DNA of 64,000 bases, taken from the NCBI GenBank assembly GCA_964016885.1, contig OZ024766.1, forward strand, positions 3,472,001 to 3,536,000, given 5' to 3'. Of this stretch, positions 25,370 to 40,346 are shown in pieces. The position numbers were made by a program, and so were the translations under genes. Source of the DNA: Eledone cirrhosa (taxonomy: Eukaryota). How positions within the stretch are numbered: position 1 is the first letter of the stretch; every line of letters begins with the position of its first letter. The notes beneath the pieces were generated by a model. It ran no database searches. It had not been told where the DNA came from and saw only the letters and a program-made list of their open reading frames with translations.

Positions 25370-25925
25370 CAATATAGATCAGTTTTATAAATAAATATTG
25401 ACATACCCTTAAAAAATGCAACCATTACTGTTGGAAGCTCCTGGATGGTTAATATCGTATTTATATATATATATATATATATATAATTGAAGTATTTCCG
25501 TAGAAAAGGTAAAGGAAAAGAGTGTGCTCTATGTAGGCTACAGAGCTTTTTAGTTATGTAATAAAATCGGCTTTCTGACGATTGAAGACAGACCTATGTG
25601 CCAAGCTTGTCTGTCTTCGTGAAACCTTTGGTAAATGAAATAATTCTCTTATGTTGTTTATTACATAACTATATATATATAACCAGCTCTGGTTATCATT
25701 TATTTTTTTATCATTTATTTTGTTTTGACCTGTTTAGCTTGATTTGGTTTTTGGCTTGGGTGGTTAATGCTTTCTTGACCACCTTTTCAGTTTTGTATGG
25801 CTTCTTAACACATTGTTTAGCTCTGGTTTTTAACTATTGAGCACTTTGCCAGTATCATTTCAGATTTTTGCGTTTCGCTTCGCCTTTCCTGCCCGCCGAA
25901 ATGCGATTCTCGCTGAATCTTTATT

Positions 25926-25960
<35 letters not shown>

Positions 25961-26595
25961 GATTGCAAGGCCAGTGGATAGAGCATTGGCCTTGCAATCG
26001 AAAGGTTGTGAGTTCAATCCTCAGACCGGGTGATGTGTTGTTTCCTTGAGCAAGATACTTTATTTCACATTGCTCCAGTTTACTCAGCTGTAGAAATGAG
26101 ATGATAGGGACTGGGGTCCCTATCATTCCACTGCAAAGTGGGCATGGAGGTGTCACGGCAAAAAAGCACCCAGCACTCACTGTAAATGAGGTTGGTGTTA
26201 GGAAGGGCATCCAGCTGTAGAAATCAAGCCAGAATCAGTTACCGTCCCACCCTTGCAAGCAGGGAAAAAGCGGACGTAAAATGAAATGATGAAATGATGA
26301 TGATATATATATATATATATAGACTCATATATGAATTTAAAAGTTTTGCATAAATTAACATAAATTAGAATATTTTTTTATAATTCTTTTATGACGAATG
26401 CAGATATATTTCAAGGAAGAACTATTTTATGTTCTTTAAAACTTTTTTCCAGACTGTGTCCTGCAATTTTGCCGCTGAAATTTATCCTCCACTTCATGAA
26501 AGATGTTTGCAAGTCCTTCATAAAGTACTAATGTACTCTAAGTCACAAAGATGTCTGAGTTTCTATTTCTCTCTCACACATACACACACACTCTT

Positions 26596-26633
<38 letters not shown>

Positions 26634-26654
26634 TCTCTCTCTCTCACACACACA

Positions 26655-26703
<49 letters not shown>

Positions 26704-26760
26704 TCTCTCCCTCTCTCACACACACACACACTCTCTCTCTCTCCCTCTCACTCTCTCTCT

Positions 26761-27140
26761 GAAGATGGTGTTTGGAACATAACTTAACAAAGGTTCTAAC
26801 ATAAAATTAAGATGGAAGGCTTTTAGATAAATATAAACACTTGAAGATGGTGTTTGGAACATAACTTAACAAAGGTTCTTACATAAAATTAAGATGGAAG
26901 GCTTTTAGATAAATATAAACACTTGAAGATGGTGTTTGGAACATAACTTAACAAAGGTTCTTACATAAAATTAAGATGGAAGGCTTTTAGATAAATATAA
27001 ACACTTGAAGATGGTGTTTGGAACATAACTTAACAAAGGTTCTTACATAAAATTAAGATGGAAGGTTTTTAGATAAATATAAACACTTGAAGATGGTGTT
27101 TGGAACAAAACTTAACAAAAGTTCTAACATAAAATTATGA
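26761..27140. repeat. 82-bp tandem repeat (about 4.6 copies; related array at 55305-55655)
   Basis: GAAGATGGTGTTTGGAACATAACTTAAC at 26761, 26843 etc. Confidence 0.9.
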
Positions 27141-27379
27141 TCCTGTGGTGGAAGTGAGAAAGCAGGTGATAGCTACAGACCAACAATATGACCACAGCTT
27201 AATTAAGGAAACTAATAAAGAAAATTTAACGACGTACAGAACCCCAGCAGGAGTTCATCTTATAACTGAAATATAATTACCTGGCCAGGTAATTATATAT
27301 ATGGCCAGGTAATTAGCAGGGAAAAGCAGACATAAAATGATGGTAATTAAGTAGTTATTAGACACAGCAATATATATAA

Positions 27380-27434
<55 letters not shown>

Positions 27435-27467
27435 CATATATATACATATATATATATATATATACAT

Positions 27468-27509
<42 letters not shown>

Positions 27510-27532
27510 ACACACGCACATATATATAAATA

Positions 27533-27572
<40 letters not shown>

Positions 27573-27577
27573 CATAA

Positions 27578-27644
<67 letters not shown>

Positions 27645-27653
27645 TATATATAC

Positions 27654-27881
<228 letters not shown>

Positions 27882-27900
27882 TATATATACATATATATAA

Positions 27901-27971
<71 letters not shown>

Positions 27972-27974
27972 TAA

Positions 27975-28042
<68 letters not shown>

Positions 28043-28319
28043 ATATATATCTTCAGTGTTTAGCAATTTTTAGACAACTTTATCACTGAAACAAGTGTCA
28101 GGCTGTAAATAAACCCCCTTGTTTCTACTGTTGACCATGTTTGTATTCACTTTTTTATTACTCCAAGGTAAACTTACAAAGGAAGACAAGTGAAGTCGTA
28201 AACTCGTCTTCCACGTAAACCTCTTTTGTTGAGTCACACGACACCGTACGCTTAAACTATCCATGATAAGTAGTTTTCACAAACTCTTATCGGATTTACC
28301 TTTAACGATATATCGTTAG

Positions 28320-28381
<62 letters not shown>

Positions 28382-29310
28382 CATCATCATCATTTTACGT
28401 CCACTTTTCCCTGCTTGCAAGGGTGGGACGGCAACTGATGCTGGCTTGATTTCTACAGCTGGATGCCCTTCCTAACACCAACCTCATTTACAGTGAGTGC
28501 TGGGTGCTTTTTTGCAGTGGCACCTCTACGACCACTTTACAGTGAGTGCTGGGTGCTTTTTTGCAGTGGCACCTCCACGACCACTTTGCAGTGGAATGAT
28601 AGGGACCCCCAGTCCCTATCATCTCATTTCTACAGCTGAGTAAACTGGAGCAATGTGAAATAAAGTGTCTTGCTCAAGGAAACAACACATCACCCAGTCT
28701 GAGAATTGAACTCACAACCTTTCGATTGCAAGGCCAATGCTCTAACCATTAAGCCATGTGCCTCCTTATATATATATAATTCAGCGAGAATCGTATTTCA
28801 GCTGGTAGAAAAAGCGAAACGAAACGCAAAATCGTAGAAATGCTGGCAAGCGCTCCAATAGTTAAGAAAAACCAGAGCTAAACAATATGTTAAAACGCCA
28901 TACAAACTGAAAAAGTGGTCAAGAAGGCATTAAGCACCTCACCTAAGCCAAAAAACAAATCAAGCTAAACAGGTCAAACAAAATAAATGATAAAAACAGA
29001 CCTGGATCCAAATGGAACTGGTGGTAAAATCCAAATGCAGGGCTTCTATGACACCTAAATAAATAATACTGTCTGCTTAAAACTATAAGCTTTCAGCATA
29101 AAGATCGAACAAGGAATATCACGTTATCAACAGGTATTTTGCTCTGTAACCAACTTGGTGAGTGACGCAGAAGTTAGTAAACGCACATGTGTAAGTCACG
29201 AGAGGAAATTCCCCATATTTTGGCAAATGAATTCAGTATGTGTATATCATACAAAATATATATATATACGATATTAAACAAATGGAAAATTACATTTATA
29301 AAACCATATT

Positions 29311-29376
29311 TATATCATTATATATATTTCAGGGATATCATATTAAAAATATGGTATGCCCTCTTCAGACAAAATA
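29311..29376 (-). ncRNA. Minimal hammerhead ribozyme (family D)
   Basis: On -: TATTTTGT-CTGAAGA-GGGCATACCATATT..AATATGATATCCCT-GAAA-TATATA-TA-ATGATATA. Confidence 0.6.
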
Positions 29377-29714
29377 CAATATATAGACAGTTTTATAAAT
29401 AAATTTGACATACCTTAGAGTTTACAACTTCCATTTAAAAAGTTGTTACGGTAGTGAAAATGTTAAGGATGGTTAGAAAGAAAGACGGAGAAAAAAAAGG
29501 AAAAAAGGAAAAAGAAAAAGAAGGAGAAAAGAAAAAAAGAAAAAGAAAGAGCGGAAGGTGAAGAAGATGAAGAAATGTATGTAAAGGGAAAACCACCAAA
29601 TGAGATATATATATATATAATGAGATATATATATATATAGTGACGAAACATAAGTCAATTGCATGAACTCATAATCCTTTATTTACTGCTATATATATTT
29701 CGATAATAGCCCTT

Positions 29715-31655
29715 GACCACTTTACAGAGTGGACTGGGTGCTTTTTTGCCGTGGCACCTTCACGACCACTTTACAGTGAGTGCTGGGTGCTTTTTTGCTG
29801 TGGCACCTCCACGACCACTTTACAGTGAGTGCTGGGTGCTTTTTTGCCGTGGCACCTCCACGACCACTTTACAGAGTGGACTGGGTGCTTTTTTGCCGTG
29901 GCACCTCCACGACCACTTTACAGTGAGTGCTGGGTGCTTTTTTGCCGTGACACCTCCACGACCACTTTACAGTGAGTGCTGGGTGCTTTTTTGCCGTGGC
30001 ACCTCCACGACCACTTTACAGTGAGTGCTGGGTGCTTTTTTGCCGTGGCACCTCCACGACCACTTTACAGTGAGTGCTGGGTGCTTTTTTGCCGTGGCAC
30101 CTCCACGACCACTTTACAGTGAGTGCTGGGTGCTTTTTTGCCGTGACACCTCCACGACCACTTTACAGTGAGTGCTGGGTGCTTTTTTGCCGTGGCACCT
30201 CCACGACCACTTTACAGTGAGTGCTGGGTGCTTTTTTGCCGTGGCACCTCCACGACCACTTTACAGTGAGTGCTGGGTGCTTTTTTGCCGTGGCACCTCC
30301 ACGACCACTTTACAGTGAGTGCTGGGTGCTTTTTTGCTGTGGCACCTCCACGACCACTTTACAGTGAGTGCTGGGTGCTTTTTTGCCGTGGCACCTCCAC
30401 GACCACTTTACAGTGAGTGTTGGGTGCTTTTTTGCCGTGGCACCTCCACGTCCACTTTACAGTGTGTGCTGGGTGCTTTTTTGCCGTGGCACCTCCACGA
30501 CCACTTTACAGTGAGTGCTGGGTGCTTTTTTGCCGTGGCACCTCCACGACCACTTTACAGTGAGTGCTGGGTGCTTTTTTGCTGTGGCACCTCCACGACC
30601 ACTTTACAGTGAGTGCTGGGTGCTTTTTTGCCGTGGCACCTCCACGACCACTTTACAGTGAGTGTTGGGTGCTTTTTTGCCGTGGCACCTCCACGTCCAC
30701 TTTACAGTGTGTGCTGGGTGCTTTTTTGCCGTGGCACCTCCACGACCACTTTACAGTGAGTGCTGGGTGCTTTTTTGCCGTGGCACCTCCACGACCACTT
30801 TACAGTGAGTGCTGGGTGCTTTTTTGCCGTGGCACCTCCACGACCACTTTACAGTGAGTGTTGGGTGCTTTTTTGCCGTGGCACCTCCACGACCACTTTA
30901 CAGTGAGTGCTGGGTGCTTTTTTGCCGTGGCACCTCCACGACCACTTTACAGTGAGTGCTGGGTGCTTTTTTGCTGTGGCACCTCCACGACCACTTTACA
31001 GTGAGTGCTGGGTGCTTTTTTGCCGTGGCACCTCCACGACCACTTTACAGTGAGTGTTGGGTGCTTTTTTGCCGTGGCACCTCCACGTCCACTTTACAGT
31101 GTGTGCTGGGTGCTTTTTTGCCGTGGCACCTCCATGTCCACTTTACAGTGAGTGCTGGGTGCTTTTTTGCCGTGGCACCTCCATGTCCACTTTACAGTGA
31201 GTGCTGGGTGCTTTTTTGCCGTGGCACCTCCACGACCACTTTACAGTGTGGGCTGGGTGCTTTTTTGCCGTGGCACCTCCATGTCCACTTTACAGTGAGT
31301 GCTGGGTGCTTTCTTGCCGTGGCACCTCCACGACCACTTTACAGTGTGGGCTGGGTGCTTTCTTGCCGTGGCACCTCCATGTCCACTTTACAGTGTGGGC
31401 TGGGTGCTTTTTTGCCGTGGCACCTCCATGTCCACTTTACAGTGTGGGCTGGGTGCTTTTTTGCCGTGGCACCTCCATGTCCACTTTACAGTGTGGGCTG
31501 GGTGCTTTTTTGCCGTGGCACCTCCATGTCCACTTTACAGTGTGGGCTGGGTGCTTTTTTGCAGTGGCACCTCCATGTCCACTTTACAGTGTGGGCTGGG
31601 TGCTTTTTTGCAGTGGCACCTCCACGACCACTTTACAGTGAGTGCTGGGTGCTTT
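29715..31655. repeat. 49-bp SINE-derived minisatellite (about 40 copies)
   Basis: Unit GACCACTTTACAGTGAGTGCTGGGTGCTTTTTTGCCGTGGCACCTCCAC, continuous with the SINE head at 31655-31800. Confidence 0.95.
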
Positions 31656-31904
31656 TTCTCCTTTCTACACCTGAGTAAACTGGAGCAATGTGAAATAAAG
31701 TGTCTTGCTCAAGGAAACAACACATCACCCAGTCTGAGAATTGAACTCACAACCTTTCGATTGCAAGCCCAATGCTCTAACCACTAAGCCATGTGCCTCC
31801 ATATGTATATATTTATGTATACCATCACAGATGTGGTAGCCAGTGGTTGGAGCAGGAACGAAGTGAAATATTTATTACAAAACAACAGGAGGCCAGACTG
31901 CAAC

Positions 31905-32483
<579 letters not shown>

Positions 32484-32515
32484 CTGACAACTCAGGCCAA
32501 TATCAGAAAGAAGCA

Positions 32516-32613
32516 ATGTCTGCTGTTACAACTACACTAATAGCTGTTGCTGTTCTTCTTGTCAGTATACCAAGCAATGTCTGGAGTTCCCAGGAACCCC
32601 AAAAATATACAAA
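32516..32613 (+). CDS. Carboxypeptidase exon 1 (signal peptide)
   Basis: MSAVTTTLIAVAVLLVSIPSNVWSSQEPQKYT, GTAAGT donor. Confidence 0.82.
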
Positions 32614-35600
32614 GTAAGTTGCTGTTGTTCTTACTGTTGTTGTTGTTACTGTAATGTTTATATATCTATCTATCTAGGGCAGTTAAAATTCCCAAGATCC
32701 ATGGACGAGTTCTCTCCAGCGGTCTCTGTCCCTCATTATCGCTGCCATGTCCTGCGTCTCCAACAGACCAGTGTCTGTCCTTAGGGAATCAACATATGTT
32801 AACCTCGGTCTCCCTCTTCTAGTGTGTCCGTGAAGGGGCTCCCACAGAAGTACTGAGTGCAGTGTCAACTCTGGAAGTCGGTGAGCATATCCAGCTAACC
32901 TAGTGTGTCCGTGAAGGGGCTCCCACAGTAGCACTGAGTGCAGTGTCAACTCTGGATGTCGGTGAGCATGTCCAGCTAACCCAGTGTATCCATGCAGGGG
33001 CTCCCACAGGAGCACTGAGTGCAGTGTCAACTCTGGATGTCGGTGAGCATGTCCAGCTAACCTCAGTCTCCCCTGTGTCACTCTCGAGCTGACTTTTGGG
33101 AGACTCCCATACAGCTCTGAGTTTTTCATCCTCAGTGTATACTGATAAATGTTCAGAGCCATCCTCAGCATTCTCGTGTAGCACCCATCGACCATCTGAG
33201 TGAGTTTCTTGGTCAGTGTCCAAGTCTCAGACCCGCACAGCAGCACAGACTCCACTACAGCAATGAAGAGGCGGATCTTAAGTTCTTTACAAAGTTATGA
33301 CTTCCACACCGACCTCAAACTGTGGCACGCTGCCCAGGCCTTGCTCTTCCTCTCGACCACATCATCTTCCATGTTCCCAATCTTTGCTCCCAGATACAGG
33401 AAGTCCTCAACCAATTCTAGTGGCTTCCCAACCACATTCATAATCTCTGGCTTCTTAATATTCTCTACCAGATTCTTCGTCTTAATCTCGTTCATTCTCA
33501 GCCCCACACTCATCGACACAGTCTCAACCTCCTGCATCAAATCCTCTGCCTCCTTCATCGTGTTTGTCACCAGAACTATGTTGTTAACTATCTTTTTCGC
33601 CTTAACTCTCCTGCTCTGAGCCGGTGCTACAGTAAAGCCAGAGTCCTGGTGTTTCTCCAGTGCGAGGCGCATACAATAGTCCACTACGAGGACAAAAAGG
33701 TAGTGAGCCAATGTATCTCCCTGGAGCACTCCAGCCAGTATCTCAAAGAACTCTGTCATCCCATCAGGTGTAATGACTTGGGCTTTGGTGTTGGTGTAGA
33801 GCAGTGATATCAGGTCCACTAGCTTCTTGCGGATTCCATAAGCCTGTAAGACAGGGGTGCATAGCATATTCCATTAGTGGGTCACTTTTTGAACATAAGA
33901 ACAACTATTAGGGCCTTTAATGTTCCACTACCAGTACCACCACCACCACCACCAACACCACCACCACCACCAACACCACCAACACCACCAACACCACCCC
34001 ATGCACCACTACTCCCCCCCCATACCCCCCCCCCAACCAACAGCCCCCCCATCCCACCACCCGCACCCCACCACCACTACCACCACCACCACCAACACCA
34101 CCCCATGCACCACTACCACCCCCACCAACAATACCCCCCCCCCCCCCCCCACCACCACCACCACCACCACCCCCAACAACACCCCCCACACCACTACCCC
34201 CCACACACACAGTCCACCACCACTACCACCACCACCAACACCACCCCACAACCACTACCCCCCACCAGCACCCAACAACCCCCCCAATACCTTCACCCCC
34301 CACTACCACCCCATCACCACCACCACCACCACCACCACCACCAGCACCCCCACACCCCACCACCACTACCACCACCCACAACCACTACCACCCCACCACC
34401 AATACCCCCACCTCCACCCCCCCACCAGCACCCAACAACACCACCCCCCAATACCCCCCACTACCCCCCACCCAATACCCCCCCCCCCCCAATACCCCCC
34501 CCCCCCCCACACCCACCACCAGCTAATACTACAAATGTTGCCAGCATTAACCTACTTCGATGCAGTCATAAAACGACACATTTTCCATTCTTTTTTACTG
34601 CTTTTAATAATTACACTGTGGCCATGCTAGAGCAATGCCGTGCTTAAGTTGGTCGGATTGACCCTAGTGTGTGTTTTACACACACACACACGCACACACA
34701 CACACAATCATCATCATATTCACCACCACCACCACCACCACCACCACACAGTCCACACTGTAATGTGGTAGTGTAGGTAACACGGTAAAAAGCTCCCAGT
34801 CCACACTGTAATGTGGTAGTGTAGGTAACACGGTAAAAAGCTCCCAGTCCACACTGTAATGTGGTAGTGTAGGTAACACGGTAAAAACCTCCCAGTCCAC
34901 ACTGTAATGTGGTAGTGTAGGTAACACGGTAAAAACCTCCCAGTCCACACTGTAATGTGGTAGTGTAGGTAACACGGTAAAAACCTCCCAGTCCACACTG
35001 TAATGTGGTAGTGTAGGTAACACGGTAAAAACCTCCCAGTCCACACTGTAATGTGGTAGTGTAGGTAACACGGTAAAAAGCTCCCAGTCCACACTGTAAT
35101 GTGGTAGTGTAGGTAACACGGTAAAAACCTCCCAGTCCACACTGTAATGTGGTAGTGTAGGTAACACGGTAAAAAGCTCCCAGTCCACACTGTAATGTGG
35201 TAGTGTAGGTAACACGGTAAAAACCTCCCAGTCCACACTGTAATGTGGTAGTGTAGGTAACACGGTAAAAACCTCCCAGTCCACACTGTAATGTGGTAGT
35301 GTAGGTAACACGGTAAAAACCTCCCAGTCCACACTGTAATGTGGTAGTGTAGGTAACACGGTAAAAACCTCCCAGTCCACACTGTAATGTGGTAGTGTAG
35401 GTAACACGGTAAAAACCTCCCAGTCCACACTGTAATGTGGTAGTGTAGGTAACACGGTAAAAACCTCCCAGTCCACACTGTAATGTGGTAGTGTAGGTAA
35501 CACGGTAAAAACCTCCCAGTCCACACTGTAATGTGGTAGTGTAGGTAACACGGTAAAAACCTCCCAGTCCACACTGTAAACGTGGTTGGTGTTAGGAAGG

Positions 35601-38387
35601 GCATCCAGCTGTAGATAACCCGCCAGACAGTCCTATACGAGCAAGACAACCACTCCTGCCTCAAGTGGGAAAACTCCCGTCCAAACCCATGCGAGCGTGG
35701 AAGATGGACATTAAACGATGATGATGATGATGAGTGGCCAGTTACAGCCGGTTTGAACAGAAAAAGGTAAGAGAATTCCCCTGGGGCTTGGGTATCTCTA
35801 GCTGAATCCATTCTACTGCAAGCATTCATGTCAGGCCCCTTGTATGAGGACACCTTCCTTCCTTCCCACACCCCAACATGCTGGGAGTACATGGACAGGA
35901 TCATTGAGCACTGCTCTTCCTGATCAGTATGAGTGGCCAGTTACAGCCGGTTTGAACAGGAAAAGGTAAGAGAATTCTGGCCGGATGCGGACAGTTTAAA
36001 TGCTAAAGGGTTAAAACAAGAGCAGCAAATCAATAGGTTGCAGTGATGGGTCTGTCCTTTCTTTTTTACAGTTATCAGTTACTTCAGGTAGTACCTGAGA
36101 CGGACAAACAACTGGACACGTTAAGGAAGTTCCACCATGATCGCGATGTAAGTATACATTTGCTTTTTGTTGTGACACCTACATGACCACTTTACAGTGT
36201 GGACTGGGTACTTTTTGTTGTGACACCTACATGACCACTTTACAGTGTGGACTGGGTACTTTTTGTTGTGACACCTACATGACCACTTTACAGTGTGGAC
36301 TGGGTGCTTTTTGTTGTGACACCTACATGACCACTTTACAGTGTGGACTGGGTGCTTTTTGTTGTGACACCTACATGACCACTTTACAGTGTGGACTGGG
36401 TACTATTTGTTGTGACACCTACATGACCACTTTACAGTGTGGACTGGGTACTTTTTGTTGTGACACCTACATGACCACTTTACAGTGTGGACTGGGTACT
36501 TTTTGTTGTGACACCTACATGACCACTTTACAGTGTGGACTGGGTACTTTTTGTTGTGACACCTACTCGACCACCTTACAGTGTGGGCTGGGTACTTTTT
36601 GTCGTGACACCTACATGACCACTTTACAGTGTGGACTAGGTACTTTTTGTTGTGACACCTACATGACCACTTTACAGTGTGGACTGGGTGCATTTCATCA
36701 CGACACCTACACAACCACTCTACTGTGCATAGTGAGAGCATTTTGTCATGACACCAACATGAGCACTTAGCTGTGTGGACTGGGTACTTATTGTTATGAC
36801 TCCATATATATATATATATGGAGAGGGATGGGCCCTGCCATGTATATCAGGATGTTACAGAAGTGAAGGTCCCAAAACACAGCCCCATGGCACACCTACG
36901 TGGAACACCTCCATGGCACTGTATTTGAGGCACAATATATATCTTGTTTCCATTGCTTTGTTCTAGGTTGTATTCTGGAAGCCCCCTACCGATGTCAATC
37001 ATGCCGCCACATTTATTGTGGCACCAGATAAAGTCCAGGAGGTCCGTGAATCCCTCTCTCCAGACAAGGCATCAGTGAAGCTTCTGCATGCAAACATACA
37101 AAGGTGAGACTTCAGCTAAATTCTTTCTCTGCAAGTTTCACCACCATCACATCTTCCCACCGCCATCAGCTGCTACAAGAATAGAGTCAGTAATGAGAGT
37201 TGTGACGAGAACTGGAATGGTTAGGTCATGTGTTGGGGAAGGATGAAAGTGACGGCTATTTCTGGACTAAATTAGAATTTTTAGCGTGGTAAACAAATAG
37301 CCGAACTTTTCAAGAGGTTATTCCTTACATGGGAAGATTGTAGATGTCAAAAGGATTGGCCAAAATTTCTTGTAAACACAAGTAAATCTTTCATGGGAGT
37401 GGGTGGGGGGTGGGGGTGGCTGAACCAGCCTCTTTGTTCTACAGGCAAGTTCAGCCACCCCCACCCTACGACTCTGTCAGGCTTTATACCATACATCATC
37501 ATCACCATTTTACGTCCGCTTTTCCCTGCTCGCAAGGGTGGGACATACATACATACACACATACATATATACTATTATATTTTCATGGTGTAGGCTTTAT
37601 CTCACATAATTATCTCACATAATATCGACTCTATGAGATTTTATGTATATGAGCAGCCACTCACAGCCGGTTTAAACAGGGAGAGGTGAGACAATTCTGT
37701 CCAGATATGGCCAGTTTAAATACTAATGGGTTAACATGGAAGGTCTAAAGTGCTTGTTGTTGTTGTTGTTATATATTTGATAGATTAATTGAGGAGGAGA
37801 AAGAATCCAATACTCGAAGAGGGAGTTTTGCTTCTTCTGCTGAACCAAGAACAAATCTTAACCGATACCTGAGCTTACACGAGGTAAGACTAACTTGGTT
37901 ACAATTTCTTTATCACTTTTTATATATTTCTCTCTCTCTTTTCTGTTTCAACACACACACACACACATTCATCATTCATATAGAAATAATAAATGTGAAG
38001 ACTAAAATCCGAAGAGGGCTCGATAAAGATTATATATATATATATATAAGGTTGTTGTGAGTTCAATTCCCAGACCGGGTGATGTGTTGTTTCCTTGAGC
38101 AAGACACTTTATTTCACATTGCTCCAGTTTACTCAGCTGTAGAAATGAGATGATAGGGACTGGGGTCCCTACCATTCCACCGTAAAGTGGTCGTGGAGGT
38201 GCCACGAAAAAAAAAAGCACCCACCACTCACTGTAAATGAGGTTGGTGTTAGGAAGGGCATCCAGCTGTAGAGATCAAGCCAGAATCAGTTCCTGTATGA
38301 ACAAGACAAGGTCAGCCGACCGGACACTGCCCACAACAGGACAACCCGTCTAACCCATGCTAGCATGGAAGAACGAACGTAAAACGG

Positions 38388-38421
<34 letters not shown>

Positions 38422-40315
38422 ATATATATAAAAAGAGTCAGGACCTCCAACAGCTGAGCTCTGGCTGTTTGGACAGCTAGATCCGAACTGCTGTCTTAGT
38501 TCAGATCTAGCTGTCGAAATGGCCGGAGCTCAGCTGTCGGGGTCCTGACTCTTTTCCTATTACCCACTCTACTACCCTAAGTATTGAGGACTCTGGTGTG
38601 TTATGGTCCACCTAGTTTCTTACCACACTTTCTTTGTTATATATATATATATATTTAGAATGTTGAGAAGTGACACACGAGTTGATATATATAATAGTAA
38701 AAAAAGAAAAAAACGGTAGAAAATGCTAAAGGGATTTTCTCATAGAATAACAGCAAAACATTTATTTATGAACTGTTGGAAACGAGTTCATAACTTTGAA
38801 GTTATGAACTGTTGGAAACGAGTTCATAGCTTTGAAGTTATGAACTGTTGGAAACGAGTTCATAACTTTGAAGTTATGAACTGTTGGAAACGAGTTCATA
38901 GCTTTGAAGTTATGAACTGTTGGAAACGAGTTCATAACTTTGAAGTTATGAACTGTTGGAAACGAGTTCATAGCTTTGAAGTTATGAACTGTTGGAAACG
39001 AGTTCATAACTTTGAAGTTATGAACTGTTGGAAACGAGTTCATAGCTTTGAAGTTATGAACTGTTGGAAACGAGTTCATAACTTTGAAGTTATGAACTGT
39101 TGGAAACGAGTTCATAGCTTTGAAGTTATGAACTGTTGGAAACGAGTTCATAACTTTGAAGTTATGAACTGTTGGAAACGAGTTCATAGCTTTGAAGTTA
39201 TGAACTGTTGGAAACGAGTTCATAGCTTTGAAGTTATGAACTGTTGGAAACGAGTTCATAGCTTTGAAGTTATGAACTGTTGGAAACGAGTTCATAGCTT
39301 TGAAGTTATGAACTGTTGGAAACGAGTTCATAGCTTTGAAGTTATGAACTGTTGGAAACGAGTTCATAGCTTTGAAGTTATGAACTGTTGGAAACGAGTT
39401 CATAGCTTTGAAGTTATGAACTGTTGGAAACGAGTTCATAGCTTTGAAGTTATGAACTGTTGGAAACGAGTTCATAGCTTTGAAGTTATGAACTGTTGGA
39501 AACGAGTTCATAGCTTTGAAGTTATGAACTGTTGGAAACGAGTTCATAGCTTTGAAGTTATGAACTGTTGGAAACGAGTTCATAGCTTTGAAGTTATGAA
39601 CTGTTGGAAAAGAGTTCAAACATGTTAGGACGAGTTATCTCGTCTACAGCCCTGAAGAGGTTAATTAATTGTGTATCTCTTTACAGTATTTTGAGTTTAT
39701 GAAGGACATCAATAGTTCATACCCAAATATGGAAGTGGTGACTTATGGGAAATCATATGAAGACAGAGATCTGATGGCTGTAAAGGTATATATTTATCTA
39801 TCTATTAGTGTCTGCAACCCCCTATCTCATCAATCCCTTGGCTGTATGCCTATCACTCTATCCATCTGTCTATATGTCTATCTATCTATTTGTTTGTCTA
39901 TCTATCTCTCTATCTATTTGTACAGTGGCTATGGTGAAAGGTGTTATATGGTGGACGAGGTTGAGAGGACTGAGGACAGATGCCTTTCTCTCCGGACAAC
40001 AACTCATTCCCTTCTTTAGGTACCACTTTAGAAGAAGAATCAGGGTGGAGAGAGAGGCACTGCACCCCAGTAAATTTACTGAAAGGTGAGTGAATGTGGC
40101 GAGAATGGCCCGAGTGATTGGACCTTCTCTGTTTATAAGCCTGTAGGTTGAAGAAGAGAGCAAAAGGAAGAAAGGAGCACTTGCACAACACGCTCCTGGA
40201 GTTGAGGTTTGTTCTATCTACGGGGTATGAAACAACCCATTTGTGGTGCCTCCCCCCTATTGGGGATTTCGATTGTTATAATTGTTTGTTTTATATTTTT
40301 TTACACAATTGTATG

Positions 40316-40346
<31 letters not shown>

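Noticed and set aside
38767-39617. CRISPR-like 36-bp palindromic repeat
   Set aside because: Units are contiguous with no unique spacers, there are no cas genes and the context is a eukaryotic intron
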